Positions 40,710-51,431 of a stretch of DNA of 64,000 nt are shown in pieces; position 1 is the first letter of the stretch, and each line of letters begins with the position of its first letter. Source of the stretch: an uncultured Candidatus Saccharibacteria bacterium (GTDB lineage: Bacteria; Patescibacteriota; Saccharimonadia; Saccharimonadales; Saccharimonadaceae). Below the pieces are notes generated by a model, which was given only the letters and a program-made list of their open reading frames with translations, searched no databases and was not told where the DNA came from. The stretch covers positions 75,911 to 139,910 of the forward strand of contig CALDNO010000002.1 of NCBI GenBank assembly GCA_937915225.1, written 5' to 3'. A program made the position numbers and the translations under genes.

Positions 40710-41990
40710 ATGGATATAACAATTACAAACATACAAGCAAGGCAAATTTTAGATTCGCGTGGAAATCCGACGGTTGAGGCGGACGTGACTTTGAGTGACG
40801 GTTCGTTTGGGCGTGCGGCTGTTCCGTCTGGCGCAAGCACTGGCTCTTTCGAGGCTGTTGAGCTTCGGGACGGCGAGCTGGCGTTTGGCGGTAAAGGCGT
40901 GCTTCGTGCGGTCGAAAATGTCAATGGTGAAATTGCGCAGGATTTGAAGGGTTCTAATCCGTTTGACCAGGCTGCAATTGATGAAAAAATGAAGAGTCTG
41001 GACGGTACGCCGAATAAGGCGCGTTTGGGTGCGAATGCTATTTTGGCGGTGTCGCTGGCTGTGGCGAAAGCTGCTGCTAAGTCGCGTGGCGTGGAGTTGT
41101 ATCAATACGTCAATAGCTTGGCTGGAAATCCTGCAATGTGCCTGCCGATGCCGATGATCAACGTGATGAACGGCGGTCAGCATGCGTTGGGTGCGACTGA
41201 TTTTCAGGAATATATGATTATTCCAACTAGCGCGGCAACTTTTGCAGACGCAGTTCGAATGAGCGCGGAAGTTTTTCACGCGTTGGCAAAAATCCTGAAA
41301 GACGAAGGCTATCCTACGACGGTTGGCGATGAGGGCGGCTATGCGCCTCATGTCAGGAATGGCAATATGGAGCCTATTTTGTTGCTATCTCGCGCCATCG
41401 AGCAGGCTGGCTATAAATTAGGCGTGGACTTTGGTTTTGCGCTGGATGTTGCGGCGAGCGAGCTTTATAAGGACGGCAAATATAACTTGGCGACTGAACA
41501 CCGAATTCTGTCGGCTGATGAAATGATTCGCACGTATAAAGCTCTGTTGGAGCGCGTCCCTGTTCTCTCGATTGAGGATGGATTGAACGAAGAAGCTTGG
41601 GAAGATTGGGAGAAAATGACGGCTGATTTGGGCAATTTTGCGCAATTGGTTGGCGACGATCTTTTGGTGACGAATGTCGAGCGATTGAAGCGCGGAATTG
41701 AAGAAAAGGCTGGCAATGCGATCTTAATCAAGCCGAACCAAATTGGCACATTGACTGAGACGATTCAAGCTGTTTTGATGGCGAAGAATGCTGGCTGGAA
41801 TACAGTGATGAGTCACAGATCTGGCGAGACGGAGGACGTAACGATTTCTCACTTGGCGGTCGGTTTGGGCACGGGTCAAATTAAGACTGGCTCAATGTCG
41901 CGGTCAGAGCGAATTGCTAAGTATAACGAGCTGCTGAGAATTGCGGAAAAGCGCCCAGATTTGGAGATTGCACATCCGTTTGTGAAGTAA
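40710..41990 (+). CDS. eno: Enolase
   Basis: [38 protein letters not shown]; true start 40710. Confidence 0.98.
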   Translation: MDITITNIQARQILDSRGNPTVEADVTLSDGSFGRAAVPSGASTGSFEAVELRDGELAFGGKGVLRAVENVNGEIAQDLKGSNPFDQAAIDEKMKSLDGTPNKARLGANAILAVSLAVAKAAAKSRGVELYQYVNSLAGNPAMCLPMPMINVMNGGQHALGATDFQEYMIIPTSAATFADAVRMSAEVFHALAKILKDEGYPTTVGDEGGYAPHVRNGNMEPILLLSRAIEQAGYKLGVDFGFALDVAASELYKDGKYNLATEHRILSADEMIRTYKALLERVPVLSIEDGLNEEAWEDWEKMTADLGNFAQLVGDDLLVTNVERLKRGIEEKAGNAILIKPNQIGTLTETIQAVLMAKNAGWNTVMSHRSGETEDVTISHLAVGLGTGQIKTGSMSRSERIAKYNELLRIAEKRPDLEIAHPFVK

Positions 41991-42066
41991 CTCTCACAAA
42001 AAGACTTCCCCGTAATTCAGAGGAAGTCTTTTTTATTTGGCGATTTTTTTGGCGATTATTCGAGGA

Positions 42067-42624
42067 TTATCTTCTTAAAAACTCAATTTCCCCGCCCTCG
42101 TTGATTCGGACAATTTGCGACGGTTGAGCGTCGGCGACTTCTCCAGAATCGACATAAATCGGCACTAATTCGTGGAAGTATTTTATCGCTTCGGTGATGT
42201 TTTTTGCCGGTTCTTCCCCCGATGGATTTGCACTGGGCGCGACCAAAAGACCGACGGTTCGAATTAACTCTGCCAACGGAGATTCTGGCACGACTCTGAA
42301 TGCCAATGTTCCGCCATTTCTCGGAAGGTGTGGCAGAAAATTAGGACTCACTTTGGTGACAATTGTTGTTGGTCTATTTTTGGAGATTTCTTGATATTTG
42401 CGTTTGATCGACGGCGTGAGATCAGGAATGTCATCAATATCCGCAACCAAAATAATAACGGGTTCATCCAAGGGGCGCCGCTTAACTTTATATAATCTCT
42501 CGACGGCTTTTTCTGAATTGGCAGCGGCTAATATTCCGTAAATCGTATCAGTTTTAGCAACTATCAATTGCCCATTTTTAAGCACGGAGATTACACTATC
42601 ATCTAAAATATTCTTCACAATCAT
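42067..42624 (-). CDS. tsaC: Threonylcarbamoyl-AMP synthase (TsaC/Sua5)
   Basis: TDTIYG, KRRP, AFRV, APSANPSG. Confidence 0.9.
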   Translation of the reverse strand: MIVKNILDDSVISVLKNGQLIVAKTDTIYGILAAANSEKAVERLYKVKRRPLDEPVIILVADIDDIPDLTPSIKRKYQEISKNRPTTIVTKVSPNFLPHLPRNGGTLAFRVVPESPLAELIRTVGLLVAPSANPSGEEPAKNITEAIKYFHELVPIYVDSGEVADAQPSQIVRINEGGEIEFLRR

Positions 42625-42683
42625 TTATTTTACCATAAAATAACCCCGAGAAGTCCGGGGCTATTTGTTAAAAGTTCTGTAGA

Positions 42684-43109
42684 TTAGTCGACGACTTCAA
42701 CGCCCATTGAGCGTGCTGATCCGGCGATAACTTTCATTGCGCCTTCGATGTCGATTGCGTTCAATTGGTCTTTTTTCGCCTCAGCGATTTCTTGCAATTG
42801 TGCGCGAGTAATCTTACCGACCTTGTCTGAGTGTGGCTTACCGCTGCCCTTTTGGATGCCAGCTTTTTCACGAATCATATCGTCAACTGGCTGACCAAGT
42901 GAGTTCCAAGTAAATGTTCGGTCTTCGTAAACTTGAATGTGAACAATTACGTCCTTACCCATCATGTCTTTTGTAGCGTCATTGAATGGATTAATAAAGT
43001 CCATCATGTTTAGTCCCCACTGACCAAGCGTTGATCCCACTGGAGGACCTGCTGTTGCTCGACCGGCTGGAATGCGTAATTTCAAATTACCAATAATTTT
43101 CTTTGCCAT
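42684..43109 (-). CDS. rplK: 50S ribosomal protein L11
   Basis: AGRATAGPPVG, YEDRTF, GSARSMG. Confidence 0.98.
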   Translation of the reverse strand: MAKKIIGNLKLRIPAGRATAGPPVGSTLGQWGLNMMDFINPFNDATKDMMGKDVIVHIQVYEDRTFTWNSLGQPVDDMIREKAGIQKGSGKPHSDKVGKITRAQLQEIAEAKKDQLNAIDIEGAMKVIAGSARSMGVEVVD

Positions 43110-43175
43110 AGTTCTTCCTTATAGTTTGTAGTGCGTAACTCGAATATTATATCGAAAAATGCTTAAAATTGCAAG

Positions 43176-43721
43176 CTAAACTTTTTTAACCTGCAGGGCG
43201 TCCAACTCGACTGGAGTGTCGCGACCAAACATACTGACCATAACCTTCAAAGTTCCCTTAGATGCGTCAATTTCGCTCACGGCGCCATCAAAGCCCTTGA
43301 ACGGACCATCGATAATTGAAACAACTTCGCCCTCTGAGAAATCAATCTGATGCTTTGGCTCTTCAACGCCCATTCGCTTCTTAATTTTCGCAATTTCTTT
43401 TTCAGAAACTGGAGTTGGCGTAGTATCGGCGCCCACAAATCCTGTAACGCCTGGTGTGTTGCGGATGATGTACCAAGTTTCGTCGGTCAATTTCATCTCA
43501 ACCAAGACATAGCCCTGGAAGATCTTAGCTTCAACAATTTTACGCTTACCGTTGCGAATTTGAATTTGCTTCTCCTTTGGCACGATAACGTCAAAAATCT
43601 TATCGGCCATATCGACGCCGTTGATTCGCTGGCGGATTGATTCGGCAACTTTTTCTTCGTAGCCAGAATAGGTATGAATTGCATACCATTGCTTACTGTC
43701 ATCGTATCGTTTTGAACTCAT
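43176..43721 (-). CDS. nusG: Transcription factor NusG
   Basis: WYAIHTYSGYE, PGVTGFVG, IDGPF, FGRDTPVEL. Confidence 0.98.
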   Translation of the reverse strand: MSSKRYDDSKQWYAIHTYSGYEEKVAESIRQRINGVDMADKIFDVIVPKEKQIQIRNGKRKIVEAKIFQGYVLVEMKLTDETWYIIRNTPGVTGFVGADTTPTPVSEKEIAKIKKRMGVEEPKHQIDFSEGEVVSIIDGPFKGFDGAVSEIDASKGTLKVMVSMFGRDTPVELDALQVKKV

Positions 43722-43731
43722 AATCTCTCCT

Positions 43732-44061
43732 TTACTTCAAAATTTGGTTAAAGCCCCAGTTAAATGCGGCGTCAAGTAGTAAAATTAGAACGACAAACAC
43801 AAAGGTAAAGATGAGAACTGCTGCTGTCATTGCCCAAGTTGCTGAGCGGGTTGGCCAGCGAACTAGCTTCAGCTCTTCCCAAGCGCCCTTAAAATATCCA
43901 ATCAATCCACCTTTTTCGTCAGACTTTTTAGACGCTTTTGTGGTGATTTTTGTTGGTTTATTGATTTTTTTCGCTACAGCTTTTTCTTTTTTTGGCGCGT
44001 CGTCGGTAGCTTTAATGCGACGAACCGTAGTTTTGCTGCTTGCCTTGCCCTTCTGTGTCAT
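43732..44061 (-). CDS. secE: Preprotein translocase SecE
   Basis: ELKLVRWPT plus C-terminal TM; upstream of nusG. Confidence 0.93.
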   Translation of the reverse strand: MTQKGKASSKTTVRRIKATDDAPKKEKAVAKKINKPTKITTKASKKSDEKGGLIGYFKGAWEELKLVRWPTRSATWAMTAAVLIFTFVFVVLILLLDAAFNWGFNQILK

Positions 44062-44150
44062 ATTTTCTCCCAATTTAAAAAGTCTGTTTTTCACAGACTG
44101 TCAATAGTCATTGTAATTCATCCGAGTCAAAAAAACAAGTTGACCGAATA

Positions 44151-45347
44151 TTATTTGTCATTATTTTTGAACTCTTTCAGTTTGAATCCGAACGTCGATC
44201 CGTGGTTTAATCGGCTTTCTACCTCAATTTTACAGCCCAATTTCTTCGCCAACTTAGCGGAAACGTATAGACCTAATCCCGTGCCTTTCGTCTCGCGGGT
44301 TCTATAATCTTCTGCGCGGTAAAACTTATCGAAAATTTTCGCTATGTCGGCTTTGCTAATGCCAATTCCCGTATCAATAACCTTGAAGGTGATTTCGCCA
44401 GATTTATTTTTCTTGATAGATAAAGTTATGGAGCCTTTTTGTGTATATCGAATAGCGTTGGTAATGAAGTTTTGGATAATTTCCTCCAGATATAGACGAG
44501 AAACTTTAACTACACCAAGCCGCCCGCCGATATCCAAATTGAAAGCTAAACCCTTCTCGCTCGCCTGAGGTGAATATTCGGAATTTATCTGAGCAGCCAA
44601 CTCTGTTACGTCAATTATTTCCGTTTCATCGGCTACTCCTCGCTCGGCGCGCGACAGTGTGCTGAGGTCGTTGATCATTCGCGCTAAGAATAAAATTTGC
44701 TTATGAGATTCGTCAATGGCTTCGGGAATTTTGCTAGTCATTTTACGCTCGATCAGTAATTTGGCGTTACTCAGCGAACCTTCAGCAATAGCAATTGGCG
44801 TGCGTAATTCGTGACTAACTACGCTAATAAACTCATCACGCTCCTCTTCGAGGCTCTTCGTCTTCGTGATATCGCGCAAGATAAGTACATATCCGTCCGG
44901 CGTCATCTTGTCGCCGCCTTGAACTGGCGCAAGCGTAACTTCCAGACGAATATAATCGCCATCTTCGATTTTCATCAGAACATCGTCGCGCTGGCGAATT
45001 GCGGAAGATTTGGTGAGTTCCTTAAAAATGTCAATCGGCTTTTTATCTGTCGTTTCAAGGTTCAGCACCTGACTGATATGTTCGCCGTTAATTCCACTGT
45101 TCGTGTCAATCAAATTAAGCGCCGCAGAATTGTACGTATTGATAATTCCGTGTTCGTCCGTACTGAGAATCGCGTCGGTAATATTATTGATAAGCGTGAT
45201 CATTCTTTGATGTTCACTGAAGCTTTTTTTATGGTTTTTCTTACAATCAGATTTATCGCTAATTTCCGATAATATTTTATGTAAAACAATAGCTATAACA
45301 CCTAAAACAACACTCAGAGTGATCAATAAAAAAATTAGCGCCCACAT
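44151..45347 (-). CDS. PAS-domain sensor histidine kinase
   Basis: N-terminal TM, PAS (ILRDIT), SHELRTP, DTGIGI, GTGLGL. Confidence 0.93.
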   Translation of the reverse strand: MWALIFLLITLSVVLGVIAIVLHKILSEISDKSDCKKNHKKSFSEHQRMITLINNITDAILSTDEHGIINTYNSAALNLIDTNSGINGEHISQVLNLETTDKKPIDIFKELTKSSAIRQRDDVLMKIEDGDYIRLEVTLAPVQGGDKMTPDGYVLILRDITKTKSLEEERDEFISVVSHELRTPIAIAEGSLSNAKLLIERKMTSKIPEAIDESHKQILFLARMINDLSTLSRAERGVADETEIIDVTELAAQINSEYSPQASEKGLAFNLDIGGRLGVVKVSRLYLEEIIQNFITNAIRYTQKGSITLSIKKNKSGEITFKVIDTGIGISKADIAKIFDKFYRAEDYRTRETKGTGLGLYVSAKLAKKLGCKIEVESRLNHGSTFGFKLKEFKNNDK

Positions 45348-45377
45348 AGCTAAAGTATAACATAAGCATATGCGTTT

Positions 45378-46070
45378 CTATATGTATGGCGAATATTTTT
45401 TCAATTCATTTCGGTGGATTTTATAATGCGGGTCAAATTTGGCAACTTCGTCCCAGAATTTCGTCGAGTGATTCATATGCCTGGTGTGACATAATTCGTG
45501 GATAATTACGTAATCAATCAGCTCAAATGGCAAGTTCATCATTCCGATATTCAAGCTAATCGTTCCAGATGAAGAGCAGCTTCCCCAGCGACTTGATGAG
45601 TGTGTGATTTTACTCCGAGCAAAAGAAAAGCCGTGTTCTTTCGCTAAAAACGACAATCGCCTTGGTAAATATGACTTGGCTTCTTTTCTGAGAGCTGCCA
45701 GAATTTTACTGCGGATAAGTTGTTGGTTTGCGGCCGATTCGACGGATTCCGCCTCGTTGATTTCTGCCAATATCTGCGTTCCGACGATTTTCACGCTTGA
45801 AGGTTTCGTAGTCGTTTGTATCAATAAATGATGACTTTTGCCAATTTGCTGATTTTCCGTGTAAGAAAGTTTTTCTCGGTATTGAGAAACTAATTCGCGG
45901 ATTTGCTTTCGGGAAGTTTTAATCAATGCCTTTGCGGCTAGCAGCGGCGCATATGGCGGCATTGTAATTTGTATTCGTCCGTCTGGCGCAATTTTCAAAC
46001 TAACAGTCTTCGCTAAGCTACGTTTTTTAACGACAATTTCTCCGAATTCTTCGTCGGTAATAATTGTCAT
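45378..46070 (-). CDS. YgjP/DUF45-like metallopeptidase
   Basis: RWGSCS, YVIIHELCH, NHS..FW. Confidence 0.9.
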   Translation of the reverse strand: MTIITDEEFGEIVVKKRSLAKTVSLKIAPDGRIQITMPPYAPLLAAKALIKTSRKQIRELVSQYREKLSYTENQQIGKSHHLLIQTTTKPSSVKIVGTQILAEINEAESVESAANQQLIRSKILAALRKEAKSYLPRRLSFLAKEHGFSFARSKITHSSSRWGSCSSSGTISLNIGMMNLPFELIDYVIIHELCHTRHMNHSTKFWDEVAKFDPHYKIHRNELKKYSPYI

Positions 46071-46072
46071 AA

Positions 46073-46615
46073 CTAACCTATGTTAATGCGATTTCCGGCA
46101 ATTGGGCGGCGTGGAGCTTCTGGGCGACTGGCGCCGATTTGCTTAAGAACAGTGCGAGCCTGACTACTTAAGGTGTGACGGCCGCTGATCACGATGTAAG
46201 ACTCACTGCTGTGTGGCGCTGAGAATTGCTTCAATCGTCGCTCGAAAGATTCGTCATTTCCGCCGTAAGCCTTTATCCAGCGATGCTTGGCTGTGGCTGG
46301 ATCGGTTTGCACCCAAACAAATAGGACTTTATATCCATATTCCCTGGCAAGGCGATTGATACGCATACGATTCGTGCGCTGATCGGTCGATCCGTCCAAA
46401 ATAACAGTTTGCTTAGTCTTCAAAAATTCTTCCAAAAGCGACAATGTTGCGTCAGAAATGATTTTTGTATTGTCCGTAAAAACTTCAAATTGTCGAGAAC
46501 TTACCACTGGAGAATTGAAAATCTTCGCAAATTCTACAGCGAATTGTGTCTTCCCTGAACCTGGCGCACCAACCATGGCGATAATATGCGGAAGTGAAGG
46601 TGATAAAGGTTTCAT
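46073..46615 (-). CDS. P-loop kinase-like protein (AAA_33 type)
   Basis: GAPGSGKT, VILD. Confidence 0.75.
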   Translation of the reverse strand: MKPLSPSLPHIIAMVGAPGSGKTQFAVEFAKIFNSPVVSSRQFEVFTDNTKIISDATLSLLEEFLKTKQTVILDGSTDQRTNRMRINRLAREYGYKVLFVWVQTDPATAKHRWIKAYGGNDESFERRLKQFSAPHSSESYIVISGRHTLSSQARTVLKQIGASRPEAPRRPIAGNRINIG

Positions 46616-46675
46616 ATTGAGAAATTATAGCAGATTTTTGACTAATAAAAAAGATTCTCTTTCAGGCGAGAATCT

Positions 46676-46752
46676 TGGCAGGAGTGGAGGGACTCGAACC
46701 CCCGACACCTGGTTTTGGAGACCAGTGCTCTAGCCACCTGAGCTACACTCCT
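46676..46752 (-). tRNA. tRNA-Trp(CCA)
   Basis: Cloverleaf, CTGGT-CTCCAAA-ACCAG, 3' CCA. Confidence 0.97.
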
Positions 46753-46878
46753 ATAGCAACCATTTTATCACGAATTAGCTTTGTCGCAAATGTTAAAATT
46801 GTGAAAAATAAAAACTCGTGAAAAAGATCCCAAAATCTCTTGAAAAAACATAAGCGTAGTTCTACAATTAACTCAGAG

Positions 46879-48081
46879 ATGAAAATTTTAATGCTTGGGT
46901 GGGAACTTCCTCCGCACAATAGTGGCGGACTTGGTGTTGCTTGCTATCAGATGTCGAAGGCGCTTGCTTCGGAGGGCGTTGATATTGACTTTATTATCCC
47001 CTACACCGCCGAGCATCCTGGAATTGACTATATGAATATCTATTCAGCTACTCCTTTGCCGCCGAATTATCACGATTTGGGTGCGTATAATAACGGTTCA
47101 GAGGAAGACCGTGAAAATGCTGAGGATGAGTGTGGTCTTTCGCCGATGCGCGCTGTACAGAGGCGTTACGGTAAATACGTTCGAAAGTTTGTGAAAAATC
47201 ATCAACCTGACGCGATTCACGCGCATGATTGGTTGACGATGGAAGCTGGAATAATTGCCAAAGAAATGACTGGCGCGCCGCTAATTGTGCATGTTCATGC
47301 GACGGAATTTGACCGTTCTGGCGAGCAGTCAGGAAATCCTCTGGTTCACGAAATTGAGCAACAAGGCTTGTTGATGGCTGATCGGATAATCGCCGTTAGT
47401 GAAATCACGAAGGAAATAATTGTTAAGAATTATCACATTCCGCCAGAGAAAATTGAGGTGGTTTATAATGCGATTGATTTGGCTGATTTGCCGCCACACG
47501 AGTACGACGCCAGCACTTACAGATATTTGGAGGAGCTGAAAAAGGACGGCTATACGGTTGTTGGCGCGTTGACGCGATTCACGGTTCAGAAAGGTTTGAC
47601 GTATTTTGTGCGAGCTGCAGCGAAGGCGCTTGAAAAATATGAGAAGATTGTTTTTGTTTTATCTGGAAATGGCGAGCAAAGAGATGAACTTATTGAGCTG
47701 GCGGCAGATTTAGGGATTAGCGATAAGATGATTTTTACGGGATTTGTGCGCGGAAAACAGTGGCGAGATATTTACTGTTTGATTGATGTTTTTGTGATGA
47801 GTTCGGTTTCTGAGCCATTTGGTTTGACTGCCTTGGAAGCGGCGCATCATGATACGGCGTTACTTATTAGTCATCAATCTGGCGTTGGCGAGGTTCTGAA
47901 TAATATTATGCGGTTTGACTATTGGGATGTGAATAAATTGGCGGATGAAATCGTTAATATCGCTGAATCGCCCGCCTTACAGAAATCTCTGAAGAAAAAC
48001 GTTAAGAATGAATACGCGAGAATTTCTTGGCAGGACGCCGCTAGAAAATGTCTGAAACTATACAAAGGAGCGCTGGCATGA
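46879..48081 (+). CDS. Glycosyltransferase family 4 (glycogen synthase-like)
   Basis: MLGWELPP..SGGLG, IHAHDW, HVHATE, EPFGLTALEA. Confidence 0.92.
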   Translation: MKILMLGWELPPHNSGGLGVACYQMSKALASEGVDIDFIIPYTAEHPGIDYMNIYSATPLPPNYHDLGAYNNGSEEDRENAEDECGLSPMRAVQRRYGKYVRKFVKNHQPDAIHAHDWLTMEAGIIAKEMTGAPLIVHVHATEFDRSGEQSGNPLVHEIEQQGLLMADRIIAVSEITKEIIVKNYHIPPEKIEVVYNAIDLADLPPHEYDASTYRYLEELKKDGYTVVGALTRFTVQKGLTYFVRAAAKALEKYEKIVFVLSGNGEQRDELIELAADLGISDKMIFTGFVRGKQWRDIYCLIDVFVMSSVSEPFGLTALEAAHHDTALLISHQSGVGEVLNNIMRFDYWDVNKLADEIVNIAESPALQKSLKKNVKNEYARISWQDAARKCLKLYKGALA

Positions 48082-49280
48082 ATAAAAATAAAGGAATAGT
48101 TTTATATCTACACGTACATCAACCGTGGCGAATACGCGAGTATAGTATATTTGACGTGGCTTGGAAGCATAATTATTTCTCTGGCGGTCAAAATCCAGAT
48201 CAGGACAATCAAAAAATATTCCAAAAAGTTGCAGAAAAGTCGTATTTGCCGATGAATGCTTTGCTTGAAAAATTATTGAAAAAATATCCTGATTTTAAGA
48301 CCTCACTGAGTTTTAGCGGAACGTTTTTAGAGCAAGCCGAAAGGTTTAATCCTGAAGTTTTGGAGAGTTTCAAGCGCCTAGTGAAAACTGGTCAAGTGGA
48401 AATATTATCAAGTCCGTATCATCACAGTCTGGCGTTTTTTTATTCACGCAAGGAATTCGAGCGTCAAGTTGAGCTTCATCGCTGGAAGATTCGCGAGATT
48501 TTTGGTGCGGAAACGCGAGTTTTGGCCAATACGGAGTTGGCGTATAGTGACGATTTGGCAAAATGGGCTGAGCAGGATGGCTTTAAGGGTGTGTTGGCTG
48601 AAGGCTGGGATCCAATTCTGAATTGGCGCAGTCCGAATTATGTATATCGCCCGAGAGGCACGAAGAAAATTGGATTACTACTTAAGAATTATCGATTGAG
48701 CGATGATTTGGCGTTTAGGTTTAGCGATCGAAAATGGAATGAATGGCCGTTGACTGCGGACAAGTTTAATACGTGGGTGGAAGATTCTGTCCGTTACGCG
48801 CCACTGCTTAACTTATTTATGGATTATGAAACTTTCGGCGAACATCAATGGGCGGAATCTGGGATTTTTGGCTTCTTTGAGAAGTTTGTTGATAAATGGC
48901 TGAGTGCTGATGGCAATACTTTCTATACCGTTAGCGAAGCGCTAGACGTGAATACGCCTGCTGGTGAAATAAGTATGCCGTCACCTGTAACGTGGGCGGA
49001 CGCCGAGCGAGATCTGACGGCTTGGAACGGAAACAGCTTGCAGAAAGAAGCTTTGCGATATGTCTATGAGCTTGAGGATGAGGTCTTGAATAGCAAAGAC
49101 GAAGGTTTAATTAGCGATTGGCGGAAATTGCAAACTTCAGACCATTTCTATTACATGGGAACGAAGAATTTTACTGACGGCGATGTCCACGCTTATTTTA
49201 GTCCGTACAATTCGCCATACGACGCTTTTCTTTACTATATGAATACCATTCGTGATATGAAATCTCGATTGAGGAAATAG
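48078..49280 (+). CDS. Glycoside hydrolase family 57
   Basis: HVHQP, NTEL, DYETFGEHQ, LQTSDHFYYM. Confidence 0.93.
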   Translation: MNKNKGIVLYLHVHQPWRIREYSIFDVAWKHNYFSGGQNPDQDNQKIFQKVAEKSYLPMNALLEKLLKKYPDFKTSLSFSGTFLEQAERFNPEVLESFKRLVKTGQVEILSSPYHHSLAFFYSRKEFERQVELHRWKIREIFGAETRVLANTELAYSDDLAKWAEQDGFKGVLAEGWDPILNWRSPNYVYRPRGTKKIGLLLKNYRLSDDLAFRFSDRKWNEWPLTADKFNTWVEDSVRYAPLLNLFMDYETFGEHQWAESGIFGFFEKFVDKWLSADGNTFYTVSEALDVNTPAGEISMPSPVTWADAERDLTAWNGNSLQKEALRYVYELEDEVLNSKDEGLISDWRKLQTSDHFYYMGTKNFTDGDVHAYFSPYNSPYDAFLYYMNTIRDMKSRLRK

Positions 49281-49346
49281 TCAGACATTCTTGCCAAATA
49301 AAAACTCCCTCTGAATGCGAGGGAGTTTCTATATAATCCTGTTAAA

Positions 49347-49565
49347 TTAGCTTTTACGAGCCTTAACTTCGTTACGACCAAGGTTCTTCTTAGTCTCGGT
49401 GTAAGTAGCGTGTTGCTTTGCAATTGGGTCGTACTTACGTAGTGTCAATTTACCCTGACCTTTTGTGGTGCGGTTCTGGGTGTTAACAGTAGTATAGTAA
49501 GTTCGGTGGTTGCTCAAGTTACTCACCAAACCAATCAGCTTTCGTTTCGTATTCTTCTTTGCCAT
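49347..49565 (-). CDS. rpmG: 50S ribosomal protein L33 (long, Cys-free)
   Basis: YYTTVN..KLTLRKYDP..H..YTE. Confidence 0.9.
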   Translation of the reverse strand: MAKKNTKRKLIGLVSNLSNHRTYYTTVNTQNRTTKGQGKLTLRKYDPIAKQHATYTETKKNLGRNEVKARKS

Positions 49566-50004
49566 CTCTTTACTCGTTAGATTTTATAAAACGTCTTGAC
49601 TAATTATAGCATGGGTGAAGTGAAAATGCTAGTACCATATCAGATTTTACTAATTTTTATGCTTACTTCGCCAATTCAATCGCCGCTTTCTTACTTATTC
49701 CATCAGGCAGACCAATAGCTGCTTTACTCTGAAATTGAGCAGTCTCTATGCAGAACGACTGATCCGGACGCAAACCAATCATTTTGAGAACGAAACCGAG
49801 TTTATCGCTTACCAAGAAATAGGAATAGATAAGTGTTACCCTCCACTTCACTCGTCCTGTCACCCAACCGTGCGTGGGCCAAATATGAATTACAACTAGT
49901 AAATCAAAGGCGTGCGATTCAACCCTAATATCCATCCAGCCGGTGTCTCGATAATAATGCCTTGGTCTATATCATGAGATGCATAAAAATGATAAAATAT
50001 ATAC

Positions 50005-51210
50005 ATGAGAAACGATGAAATACTCATTAATCAACTCTTTGCTGGATCTTATCTAAATGAAGGCGCAAATATCGGTCACGAAGTAATTAATTTATTTAAA
50101 GACGATAATGGGCAAAACTATCTATATATTACACCAGGTGGAAAGGTTGATAGTAGTCATTCCGTTAAAAGCGTAATTTTTGTGCGTAATATTGAGGGAA
50201 AAACTACTGTAGAAGTCATTGCTAAAGCGGAAAAATTATGCCCCATTGATGTTGCGCCGAATGATGTAAAATATGCTGATACGCCAATTAGCAATGTCTT
50301 TAGTGATAACATATACCATGGCAAGTCTGATTCTAGCATATTTTTTACATACAGAACTGATAAGATTAGGCTACCTAGAAAAAATACTAGAATACTATTA
50401 ACTATCAACGATGAGTTTAAACCGAACGATGATACTATACACTTAATTAGACTTCACTCAAATAGTAAAGCCATAAGCAATCAATCTGGTAGAAAATACT
50501 ATTCCGCACAAGACGACTATAACGCATATGTCGAATTGCAAAACTTACTTAATAATGACGATTATTGGGAAGAAGACGATACTACAGAGAAATTGATTAC
50601 TGATGAATCAATGCGCGGAGCTGGTCTGACATTCCTAGAGATAATACGAAAAGAAAATGATGAATTAACATTTTCGAACTTATTGGCATATTATTTTCAA
50701 TATAATAAGGCTATATTTAGGAAATTCGTTCGCGAGATACTTGGCGTAGACGACCTTCGTCCGAGATTCGATATTATACGAGAAAGCAACAATAATATTG
50801 ACCTATGGATAGAAGATGACAACAATGTTTTTGTAATAGAAAACAAAATTAAATCTGGGATAAATGGTATAAAAGATGATGGATATTCCCAGTTAAATAA
50901 GTATCAGGAATATACAGAAAAGCGAATTTCTAATCCTGACGACGACGCATACGGGAAAATTAGCCATTATTATATTTTTACGCCAAACTACAATCATATT
51001 GATACATCAAAATACAACTTAGCAAAACCATACACAATAATCACATATAAAGATATCTATGATTTTTTCAGAAAAAATGCGGCAAATTTTCTTGAAGATA
51101 AATATTTCTCTGACTTTTTGAAAGGACTAAAAAACCATACCGTGTCAATATCTGAACTTAATTTTAGCATCATGAGAGCTAGATTCTTGGAAAAGATTAA
51201 CCGGACGTAG
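50005..51210 (+). CDS. PD-(D/E)XK nuclease-domain protein
   Basis: E..FSNLLAY, RE..NIDL, VIENKI, QLNKY; AT-rich. Confidence 0.8.
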   Translation: MRNDEILINQLFAGSYLNEGANIGHEVINLFKDDNGQNYLYITPGGKVDSSHSVKSVIFVRNIEGKTTVEVIAKAEKLCPIDVAPNDVKYADTPISNVFSDNIYHGKSDSSIFFTYRTDKIRLPRKNTRILLTINDEFKPNDDTIHLIRLHSNSKAISNQSGRKYYSAQDDYNAYVELQNLLNNDDYWEEDDTTEKLITDESMRGAGLTFLEIIRKENDELTFSNLLAYYFQYNKAIFRKFVREILGVDDLRPRFDIIRESNNNIDLWIEDDNNVFVIENKIKSGINGIKDDGYSQLNKYQEYTEKRISNPDDDAYGKISHYYIFTPNYNHIDTSKYNLAKPYTIITYKDIYDFFRKNAANFLEDKYFSDFLKGLKNHTVSISELNFSIMRARFLEKINRT

Positions 51211-51431
51211 TACAAAGCCAAAGGATGTAATATGCTGAAAGTATAAAGTCGGCCCTCCGCATAGTTCTGCTACGTGCAGTAATCGGGCTGATTTTTATAT
51301 CAAAATGGTATAATCATAAGTGTAATTATGCGCAGTATAACAAAAACTGATTTGCGGTTTTTCCTAGACTCGCCTCGACGCCTTTGGGCGATGGTCAGAA
51401 TCTGGCAAGAGTTAAGAAAGGAGTGCTTAAT

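Noticed and set aside
49663..49935. 90-aa minus-strand ORF at the islet edge
   Set aside because: No recognisable motif or translation signal; probably a remnant or chance ORF.
51360..51410. Fluoride riboswitch suggested by GGCGATGG
   Set aside because: The rest of the consensus and its pseudoknot partner are absent.
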